Below, piece by piece: positions 25,722 through 37,172 of a stretch of DNA of 64,000 nt. The notes under the pieces were generated by a model. That model ran no database searches. It was not told the origin of the DNA and was given only the letters and a program-made list of their open reading frames with translations. Made by a program: the position numbers and the translations under genes. Source of the DNA: Felis catus (Eukaryota); contig NC_058373.1 of the NCBI RefSeq assembly GCF_018350175.1, forward strand, positions 36,394,001-36,458,000. The letters are read 5' to 3'. The first letter of the stretch is position 1; each line of letters opens with the position of its first letter.

Positions 25722-28700
25722 CCCCGTTCTCTTTTCCCCGGCAGCCAACTCCCAGCCTCTTTCTGAGCTGTGTTTCCTGCACCGGCCGCTTCCCCATCTC
25801 CCCTGTCCCCAAGCCTTCACTGCCCCCCTAGGTCCACAGCTGGGGTGTCCAAAGCAGCGTCTCCAGAGTTGGGGCAGGAACAGAAAATGTTGCAGAATGA
25901 TTGCTGGTATTACTTTGATCTAAACACAGGAGGAGGACATAAGCTTTTTGGTAATATTTAATATCTGTGTTGACATGGTGCCCTCATTTAGTCTTTACGT
26001 CAGACGTCACATGTTATGTCTAGTTCTCAAGGTGTCCTGGAGGAGAAAGACTGGCTTTTCCAAGGGGCTTTTGACAAGGGCTCCCTCCTTGCTCATTTGC
26101 TTTCAGTGTACGTGTGCCCAGATATGTGGACTTGTAGATTACATTGTCTGATTCTAACAAAGCTGAAGTACCTCTCACAGAAAGGACAAGTAGCTTAAAA
26201 AGGTTCCCTGCAGAGAAAGTGCTGATTGAAAGCAATGTTAATAATGCAAGAGCAAGTGACCAAGAAAATAAGTCATGGGTCTCCAACTCCCACACATAGC
26301 CAGTTCTGAGGATAAAAATAAAACCCACGGGGCACCTGGGTGGCTCAGTCGGTTGAGCATCCGACTCTTGATTTCAGCTCAGGTCATTAGCTCAACTGTT
26401 CAGTTGGGTTCAAGTGCCGAGTCGGGCTCTGCACTGGCAGCATAGAGCCTGCCTGGGATTCTCTCTCTTCCTCTCTTTCTGCCCCTCCCCTGCTCACACT
26501 CTCTCTCTCAAAATAAACATTAAAAAAAAAAAAACCCACATAAGAAGCTGATATTATCAAGAAGAGTATTTGAACTAAAGCTGTACATCCCTGATCATTA
26601 GGGATAACTCTTGCCATATAGTGTGCTGTAAGTCTAATAGCTAATGGTAATAGGGCATGCACATAATTACAAGTAAATGAGCATGAATTGGGTTATTGGA
26701 AGGGATTTTTGTTTTAATTGTAGGAGCAGAATCGAAACCACTTGGAGACCTCACTCCCTGGCCCAGAGTATCATATTCTGACTCATTAGCCTGGCATTCA
26801 AGGGCTCTTACAGCGTGCTCTCTGCTTGGAGCCCTGCACAAGAGCCAGCCCCACCTCCTCCAGGGTCCACCGTAAGGCTATTGTGAACATCAAACGGAAA
26901 GTGCTTAGCCCGGTGACTGTACAGAGTAAGCAAGTGCACAAAAATGCCAGCTGTGTCGGGCACCTGGGTGGCTCAGCCGGTTTGTGAGTTTGCCCCCCCC
27001 CGCCCCCTCCCTTATCGTGTCAGTCTCTGTGCTGACAGCTCAGAGCCTAGAGCCTGCTTCGGATTCTGCGTCTCCATCTCTCTCTGTCCCCTACCCCGCT
27101 CACGCTCGCTCTCTCTCCCTCTCGAGAACAAACAAAAAAATTTTTTTTTAAATAAAGTAAAAACGCCAGCTGTGTTTTACGTGCTGCGTGACTATGGACA
27201 CGTCACTGCCCCTCTCTGGGCCTCATGTCCACCGCGTATTGCCCCAGCTGACGTCTGAGGTGCCATCCTGCCCTGAGGCACCCCAGGTGTCCACCTGTCG
27301 GTCTATGAGGAACCTACATCGTCAGTCCTCCCGCCCGCTTCCCTGCCCTGGGACGGCGGAGTGTTACCACGATGAAGCTGCAGTCAAAGTTGAGGCACTG
27401 GCCGCAGCCCTTGGCCACCATGACGCTGGCGCCCAGGGCCCGGTGCGCGAAGGCCGCCAGGGAGAAGAGCAGCACGTGGAGGCCCGCGTAGGCGGCCAGG
27501 CAGAGCAGGTGGCTGCGGTGGTTGTGCCAGTAGGCGGAGGTCAGAGGACGAGGACGGCGACTGCGCGGCCGGGCGGCAGGGGGCGTCAGCCAGTGGGCGG
27601 CGCTGTGGGAAAGGGGCTCGGCTCAGGGGGACTCGGCCAGGCGGGCTGCGGCGGGCACCACCGAAGTCGGAACCTAGAGACCTCCCCCACCCACCACCCG
27701 ACCCTCGTAACCGACCAAGTCTCTGGAGCCTCGTGGCAAGTGGGTCGGCTTCCCTTGACACCAGGAAACAGAGAGGTCAAGCGACTTGCTCACAGTCACA
27801 CAGTTAGGTGAAGCCGAGATGGAACTCCCGTCTGTCCGATGCCGCATCCACCATGGCTATTTTCAATACCTCCCTTACTTGCCAATTGGGGGGGGGGGGG
27901 GGGAGGCAATCGAAAAGGATGGAAGAATCTGAGACGTGTTGTGGTGAATAACCCACAAGTAAGTTAATACACGAAAAGAATGAATTACAAAACCGGCACT
28001 TTCCAGAGCTCGGAGTCAAACTTGGTGTGTTGTTACACCAAGTCTATTTTATTTCCTCCGCAGCCCTTACCAATTTAGTACTTCCCTAGTTTATGCATTA
28101 GTTTATTAGTATCAATTACATATAAATTAACGGTGCCTGCTCCATCAAGTTGAATAAATGACTGCCTTTGCTAATTATTTGTGTGACCCCAGGTAAGTTA
28201 CTTCAGGTGAGGTAACTAACTTCCTTTGGGGGCGTTGCTATAAAATGCACTGGTATATTTGTATAAATGCCCAGCCCACAGTAGGTGCTTAATACTGTGA
28301 GGTTGATTCTGAAAAGACACTGTAGAAAACGGGGGCAAGACCATAGCTGCCCCGCAGTACAAGACCTTTGTCCCCTATGAAAAAGGGGGCAAAGGCCGGA
28401 CTTGGAGGGGCTAGGCAGAATGCAGCTGGGCGGGGTTGGGCGAGGGTAGGGCGGGCTGGGACTAGGCAGGGTGTGGAGTGATGGGGCTGGGCAGGGTGCG
28501 GCGAGGTGGGACTGGAGCATGGTGGGGCTGGGACTGGGCTGGGAAGGACCGGCCTGGGGTGGGGCGGGGGCGGGGGCGGGCAGGACTGGAGCGGGCCACG
28601 GGTGGGACGGGCCTAGGCAGGTTGGGCTGGATTGGGGTGGAGCGGGGCTGGGCGGGGCTGGAGCTGGTCACCGGTGGGACGGGCCTGGGCGGGGTAGGGC

Positions 28701-31597
28701 GTGGTGGGGCTGGGCCTGGGCGGGGCTGGAGCGCGTCACCGATAGGACGGGTCTGGGCGGGGTCGGGCGTGGCGGGGCGGGGCCGGAGCGGGGCTAGGGA
28801 GGGAGCGGCTGGAGTGGGGTTGGGCGGGGCTGGGCGGGGCCAGAGCGGGCTACCGGTGGGGCGGGCCTAGGCAGGGTAGGGCGTGGCGTGGCGGGGCTGA
28901 AGGGGGTGGGGGGTGGGGGGTCACCGGTGGGACAGGCCTGGGCGGGGCTAGGGAGGGGCTGGAGCGGGGCTGGGCGGGGCTAGAGCGGGCCACCGGTGGG
29001 GCGGGCCTAGGCAGGGTAGGGCGGGGCGGGGCGGGGCTGGAGAGGGCCACCGATGGGGCGGGCCTAGGTAGGGTAGGGCGTGGTGGGGCGGGGCTGGGGT
29101 GGGCCTGGGGCGGGGCTGGGGTGGGCCTAGGGCGGGGCTGGAGCAGGATTGAGCTGGGCTGGCCGGGCTGGGGGCGGAGCTGAGGGATCCCCGGGGCCTC
29201 GGGCCCCTCTGCGCACCTGAAGGGTAACCCCTACGCGGGCAGTGCCCACGCTGGAGACAGGGCCACACCTGATGGTCAGGTTTTCCATGACCCCGGGGAA
29301 GCGCTGCAGCTCGTTCCGGAGCTCGTCGAAGGTGATGGCGCCGTTGTTGTCCTTGTCGGCCGACTCGAAGAGCGCCAGCGTCAGCTGGTCCAGCTTCTCG
29401 TCTGGCAGCGAGATGGCGCTCTCGCGCATGCACGATTGCAGCACGGTGCGCAGCTCATCCGCGTCGATGGAGCCGCTGCCTGTCCCAAGTGGGGATGAAG
29501 ACGAGTGGGGGCCTGCCCGGGACCCCACTCTGTACCCGCAGACTCCCCTTCCCCTACACAGCCATTGCATCGAGTGGCGAACGTTCCCTAATCGTGCACC
29601 TCCAGTTTTCTGCGAACCAACTCCCTTTCGGGGTATAGACCAGGCAATCAAAAAATACACAGTATCACCCTCCTCTCAGAAACCTTCTATGGCTCCCTAC
29701 TGCCCAGTTCAGGACAAATAAACTCCTCTTAGCCTCAGTGCATGTCTTTCTCGAGAATCTGCAGCCTCCTAAGTACTGAGCTTCCAAGACCATCTGCACA
29801 GAAGATGCACTTGCTTGCTTAATTTGTAAGGATTACTCTGCTTTGAGTATTAATTATCCGGAAGCAAATTGTCCTGTTGCTCTCTCACTTGAAGCAGACC
29901 TTCCTCTTCCATGTTGTCCTGAGAGGCCACAGCTGGGCACTCAAGTCCAGCCACATGACTTTACATGAATATGGGTGACTGAGAGTGTGATGGGAAAAAG
30001 AAGCCAAATCTCTCCGCCGCGATGAGAATTAGAGGCATATTTTTTTCTGTGTGTATTTCCATTCTTCCTGAGCAGCGGGGCCTATGATTAATGAGTTCTT
30101 GGCCTCTTGGGATGTAGACATACTTGAGGTAGCTTTGGATTTCTGCCCTTTACTAACTGCTGGTGGGCTGTAAGTCCTTCTGAGTAGTGAAACTTACTTT
30201 GCTCATCTATAAAATGGGGATCATAATTCCTCCCTTTCAGAACTGGTTCAAGGATGAGAGATCATTATATAGCACTGCAGTATCTGGAAAAAGGTAGTTG
30301 CATATAAATGGAAAGTCTTTACTGGTATTGTGATCGTCAGGAAGACCCAAAGCCAAAGTCTCAAATCACATGCCAGGGCAGAGTCTAAAGTACCCCTCTC
30401 CAGTCACACTCCTGTCCTTGGCTTTCCTAGTCAAGAGCCACCATGCAACAGGTTTCTAACCACATCTGGAGCTCCAGTCCCTCCCCTGTCCCCTTCACAC
30501 CCTGTCATCCATCCAACTTTATTCTCTCCTTGGCTAATTTCAAATCTAGGGTCCTCCTTCATAATTATTCTCAGACACACGTTCTTCTTCCTTGTCCCGC
30601 TGTCCTTCTATTCCAATGACCTAAAAATATCCCATCTCTGAGGGAATCTAGCCACCTGCTCTCTCCTTTCCTGCACCAGGGCAGCTAATAGGACACTCCC
30701 GAAGAAAAGCACCCAAGAGGGCAGGAAGCTTTATCCCCAGCCAGAGCAAGGCCTTCAACTTGCCCTGCAACCCTCTCCTGCTTCTCTAGTGTAGTCACTC
30801 TCCTGCTGTCTGCAAGGACCACTTCTCACCTCCATGGCCATCCAGTCCCTCACTGGATCTCAGAGAAAGCAGAAGTCACCAGAAGGGAATGCCCTCTAGT
30901 TCCTGCCATAAAACTGCAAATCTCCTTCCACCTGCCCTGCCCTGCCTTCCTCCCCGCCACTGCCTGCTAGGAGAACGTGAGTGTGCCACTCCTCCCGTCA
31001 CAAACCGACTTCTCCATCTGAGGTCATCGGTAAACCTCAGGAGCGAGCAAAGCTTGATGCTCAGAATGCAGTCAGTGAGGACTGTCCCATGGAGACTGGG
31101 TGGGGTCTGAGGAAGATGTTCAGGAAGTGGGTATGGCCAACTACCCACATACTAGGGGAAGGGGGTCGATTTGGGGAATGGGTTCCAGGAATGAGGTCTG
31201 GCTAGATTTAGTCAGGTGCAGCGGGGAGCTAGAGAAACCCCATAGGCCAGAGGGCCCTGCCCAGCAGCAGGCCTGCACCTAGGTTGAGCTTTTCAGGATG
31301 CAAATCCAGCCCAGTGACTTCCCTGCTCAACACTCTTCAATGACTCCCCGTTGCTAATTGTACGGAGACTCCAAACCTTGGCCACCGAGGCCCGCACAGT
31401 CTGGCCTCCCCAACCATCCCAGTCTCACTGGGTGCCTCTTTCTCACTGCAGTATCCCTTCCTCTGATGATTCCAGGCCTTCAGAGATGCTTGCTCCCACG
31501 GAGTTGCCAAAGGTTGAAGTATATATTTTTTTTCAAGTTTATTTATTTATTTTCGAGAGAGACAGAGAAGACAAGCAGGGGAGGGGCAGAGAGAGAG

Positions 31598-31638
<41 letters not shown>

Positions 31639-33598
31639 CCCAAGCAGGTGCCTCAGAGTTGCCAAAGATTTAAAAGCAGGATGTTCATGGGAGCGGCTCA
31701 ATCGGTTGAGCATCTGATGCTTGATTTTGGCTCAGGTCATGATCTCACAGTTTAAGGTTGTGTCCCACATCTATCTCTGCGCTGACAGCATGGNNNNNNN
31801 NNNNNNNNNNNNNNNNNNNNNNNNNNNNNNNNNNNNNNNNNNNNNNNNNNNNNNNNNNNNNNNNNNNNNNNNNNNNNNNNNNNNNNNNNNNNNNNNNNNN
31901 NNNNNNNNNNNNNNNNNNNNNNNNNNNGGAGACAAATTGTCCATTTTGGTAATGGAGTTTGAGTAAACAGTAACACGTAATGGCTGACACCTATAAAGGG
32001 TGTATCCTGTGCTGGGCACTGTTCTGAGTTTACACAAGTTAACTAATTTAATCCTATCAACCTCATGAGTATATACTGTTATTATAACCATTATTCTCAT
32101 GTGATAGGTAAAAAAAAAACCTGAAGCACAAAGAAGTTAAGTATCTTGCCCAAGGCTCACCATAATAATAATTATTTTTTTAATGTTTATTTATGTTTGA
32201 GAGAGAGAGATCAGCGCGAGCAGGGGAGGGGCAGAGAGAGGGGGACAGAGGACTTGAAGCAGGCTCCGTGCCGACAGTAGAGAACCTGTTGTGGCGTCTG
32301 AACCCACGAACCGTGAGATCATGACCTGGGCCTAGGTCGAATGCTTAACCGAATGAGCCACCCAGGCGCCCCCACCATGATTATTAATAAGTGATGGAGC
32401 TGGTTTTGAACTTAGGCAGCCTGACCTCCGAGTCAGAGATCTTAACTCCTAGACTCTGCTGCATGGGACCCAGGATCAATATATACATACAGTGGAATAT
32501 GATGTGGCCACAGGAAGTAATGCTGTAGCCACACTAAGTTACCACTTAGTAGCCAGGGTGGCTACAATTAGAAAAACAACAACAACAACAACAACAACAA
32601 CAGAAAGTAACGAGTGTGGGCAAGATGTGAACAAACTGGAACCCTCGTGCATGGCTGGTGGGAATGTCATGCGTTACAACCTCTGTGGAAGACTACGGCG
32701 TTCCTCAAAAGACTAAAAATAGAACTACCATCTCATCCAGCAATTCTACTTCTGGGTCTACGCCCAAAAGGATGGAAAGCAGGGTCTGGAAGACCTATAC
32801 CTGTATTCATAAGAGCATCACTCACAACAGTCGAGAGGTGGAAGAAACCCAAGGGTCCGCTGATGGATGTATAAACAAAACATGGTCTATCCATACAATG
32901 AAATATTGTCCAGCCTTAAAAAAGAATTAAGTCCTGTCACATAGTACAACATGGGTGAACCTTGAAGACATTATGCCTAGTGACATGAGCCAGTCACGGA
33001 AGGACAAGTATTCTATGATTCCACTCATATGAAATACCCTAGAATAGTCAAGTTCTTACAGACAGAAAGTAAAAGTGGTTTGCCAGGAGCTGGGGAGGGA
33101 GGAATAGAAGCTCGTGAGGGTTTAATGGGTATAGAGTTTGGGATGATGAAAAAGTTGTGAAGATGGGTGGTGGTAATGATCGTTCAACAAGGTGAATGCA
33201 CTTAATGCTGTGGACCTGACATTTAAAAAATGGTGAAAGTGGGGGCGCCTGGGTGGCTCAGTCAGTTAAGCGTCAGACTTGGGCTCAGGTCATGATATCA
33301 CAGATCGTGGGTTCGAGCCCCGCGTTTGGGTTCTGTGCTGACAGCTCGGAGCCTGGGGCCTGCTTTGGATTCTGTGTCTCTCTCTCTCTCTGCCCCTCCC
33401 CCCTTGCACTCTGTCTCTCTCTCAAAAATAAATAAAAACATTTTTAAAATGGTGAAAGTGGTAGATTTAATGTTATATATATTCTGCTACAGTAAAAATG
33501 ATGTTACAAAGCAATACAGTCTTGCATAAACAAGTGTTTATATTGTTTAGTAAGAAAAGGCAGTATGCATAGTATAATCCCATTTTTTAATTTAAAAA

Positions 33599-33648
<50 letters not shown>

Positions 33649-36418
33649 CAGAGATCAATTAGAAAGCAGTAGAGAAAAATGTTACAGGTGATTTTTGCTT
33701 TCTTCTTAAAACCATTCTGTATCATCTAAAATGTTCACGGTGGACTTAACGTTCTTATTATAATATGGAAAAAGCAATAAAGCAATTTCTTTTTTCAAAC
33801 ATAGAAAAGAACAAAAGAAAGTTCTGGATTCTGGTGAGTTGAATCAAAGGCATTGGTCTCCTGGGCTAGAATGGCCCCTTCTCGCCACCTTCCACAAAAG
33901 GGAGGCAGAGATCAGACAGAGAGACGGGTCGGGGTCACGCCAAGGGAGACAGCCATCAGCTTGGCCTGGAGAAAACAATCCTGTTCTGCCCCAGAGACGC
34001 TGAGATGGGTCGATTCCTTTTGTCCCCTCCCACTGAGGCCACCCCCGCCCCCCAAGAGCCCTTACCGTCAACGTCGTACACCTGGAAGAGGAATTTGAGT
34101 TTGTCCATGGGGTTGCCGTGGATGAGCAGGGTCAGCGCCTCCAGCAGCTCCTGGAGCGTGATGGTGCCACTTCCATCGGAGTCAAACAGGGCGAAGAATC
34201 TCTCGGCAAAGAAGGACTGTGGCCAGAGAAGGACGGGAAAAGGCACAGCGTGGACTCGGGGCCTGCGCTTTGAAGTCGCGCGGTGTGCGCGCGCGCATGC
34301 GCCGTGGGGTGGTGGGATTCCGGCAGGACTCCGTCAGGTGCGTGGGGTGTGATCGCAGGGTGTGATCTGTCCGCTTGGCCACACTAGGGAGCGGTGTCCA
34401 TGGCCCATCCTGCCTGCCTAGAGCAAGTTCGGACTCCCGGTGGAAGAACTATTCAGATCCCTGAAGGGAGGATGGACTTGTGTCTGGGCCTCAGGCCCTC
34501 TGCCGGCATGGCAGCCTGGTCATTTGTATGGACTGTCTGTCTCCTACCTGCCATCGCCCCCATCAGCCTTGCAGTTCAGACCCCTCAACCTGCAAAAAGG
34601 GTCAGACAGAAGGTCTCCTGCAGGCTCCTCCCAGGTCCTGTCTCATCCCCTTGGGGTGAACACGAGGGATGAGTGAACCAGGAAGGTCTTGGAGGATGGC
34701 GCTTGAACACGTGTGTCTTTCCTGTACTAACTGTTTAAGCTGCCGGTAGCCTATACTTCAGGCTTGTTCTTAAGCGCCAATTCACTCACTCCATTCATTC
34801 ATTCATTCATTCGGCAGCCATGTCCCGCACAGCTCCTGCCTGCCGGGCCTGGTGATAGACACTCAACACAGAAATTAAGACACGCTGGGTCAGAGCCCCA
34901 GATATACCAAGCGCAGACGCTCCCCTCGGGGCAGGGGGAGGGGTTCGTAGGGTTCAGGTCTCACCTAAAGGGACCGTGAGGCGTTTACAAGCGCCAAGTG
35001 GGGGCCAAAGTCGGCTGTAGACAGTCAGCCCTGCCTTGGCTCTCCTCTTTCTTCCCTAGATCACTGGGTAAGACCTTAATCAGTCTCCACCATCTTGAAT
35101 GGTCTTTATCTTAAGGTATTTTGCAGCCTCCTGTTGAGAGTGTAATGTTCTGCCAGGCAGGTCTTTTTTTTTTCCTTCCCCATGTTCACTATATAGAAGG
35201 AGGCATGGCATTTAGAGCTCTTAGCAGCATCCCTGCTACCAGCAAGTGAGGGGCCCTCTGGTCCAAACGGGGACATGTAGATGGTCCCTGGCCCGCCCCT
35301 ATCAAGGACACAGGCTACCACTAGATGCCAGCCCACAAAACAGGTGGGGAGAGGTTGACATTTGCCGGCTCACTCTCCCTGTCTCTCTGTGGATGTCTCC
35401 CCAGTCTGCCCGGCATGCAGGCTGTTCCAGGGATGGGCAGAGACTCTATCAAATGGGAGAGGACCGGGGACAGTGTGGGAGTCTCACGGATACAAACCAT
35501 TGAAAAACGTTATTTCTTGGAAGGAGGCTTATGTACACGATAGCATCAACTCTGCCCGTGAGGCTGGTGGAAAATATGAAGCCAAAAATATTTCTTCAGA
35601 TTTGGCAAGCTGCTGATACCCAACTTCACATGTTGTTTTGAAGACCCCAGGAGGCCATGGCTACCAAAGGGACGGACGGGCATCGGTAGCAGAGACAGAA
35701 ACGTCCTCTGATCCTGCTTAGAGGTGGGGCCTTGAGCCCCGAGGACACCTCGGGAGCGATCTTTCCCTCCTTGTGACGTACTGTGTCCCTGAGAGCCGGA
35801 TGGCTCTTCCCTTATGAACGCGGGGCCCTACTTCGGGAGCGGACACTTGCCTCTTTCACATTCAAGGCTGTTTTGAATTCTTGCAGGTTGATCTCCCGGT
35901 CTTCTCCTGCAATGGTCTCAAACTGGTGTGTCACCCACTGAAGCCACTTGGCGTCTTCCTCGGCACTCATGGTGCTTGAGACAAAGGAGACAGGTTTATG
36001 GGCTTGGGGTGGCCAAGGGCTCCGGGTGGTTCCAGGCCCTGTGCCTTCTTCTAACAAGGGCCTCGGGCCTTCCATGGGCTGGATCAGCCTCCCCAGGACT
36101 GCTGAGTCCCTGTCTCTCCCTTCCATCTGGCATCAGCCAGCCTGGGCTCGTGTCTCCGTAGGTTTCGGAATGATAGGGTCCCAGTGAGATGGAGTCCAGA
36201 TTGTGGGCATAAGGTCAGAGAGTGGCACACTCTGGGAATGCCATTAACATGGTGACAATCCTCCCCCCCCCCTCACATTAACACAGCTCTTTAGTGTTTT
36301 CCAAATACCTCCCACCCACCACTTCATTTGGTCTCTGTCACCATCTGGTGGGTCACGACATTTTATAAGGAGGAAATAGATTCCGAGCAGATGAGTACTT
36401 CAGCAAAACTTATTCAGC

Positions 36419-36464
<46 letters not shown>

Positions 36465-37128
36465 AAGTGAGCGCTCAAATCCAAGGCTGGCGTGTTTTCC
36501 ATCATGCCCCAGAGCCTCCACCCTTTGCTTGAACATTTCTAGTACACGCCATGCCAGGACTCAGGCCTCGGGTCTTGACTCTCTGGGTCCAGGGCATATT
36601 CTATGATGTTCCAAGGGTATCAGTGGGCAGACACCCTCCCAGATGAGCTAGCTATACAATGACCTGAACAGAGGTTAGTGATAAATGAGGACACCACTTT
36701 CTGTGGCATCAGAATCCGACAAACCAGAATTGAGACTGTGACTGAGGATACATAACATCCTGTTGCTATCAACCTCCCTCTGAGAGAATGGCTTTGTCTG
36801 TATCCCATGAGTTCAATATAAACTTAAATGATTTAGCTACAATTGATCCTCATTATTTGCAGATTCCGTATTTGTGAATTCGCCTGTTACACTTTACCTG
36901 TGACCCCTAAATCAATGCTTGTGGCATTTTTGCAGACATTGTGGACTTGAGCAGAACAGTGATAAACTTGAGCTGCCCAATGTACACGTTCCCAGCTGGG
37001 GTTGAACAAAGTGATGCTCTGCCTTCTTGTTTCTTGTTTCAGCTCTCATATTATGAACGAGTGTCCTTCTCATGATCTACTGAGTGCTGCAAGGGTTGAA
37101 GTTTTGTGCTTTTTGTTGGTGATCTTGC

Positions 37129-37172
<44 letters not shown>

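Noticed and set aside
28462-29050. Pro/Gly/Arg-rich ORFs
   Set aside because: Translations of the G-rich minisatellite.
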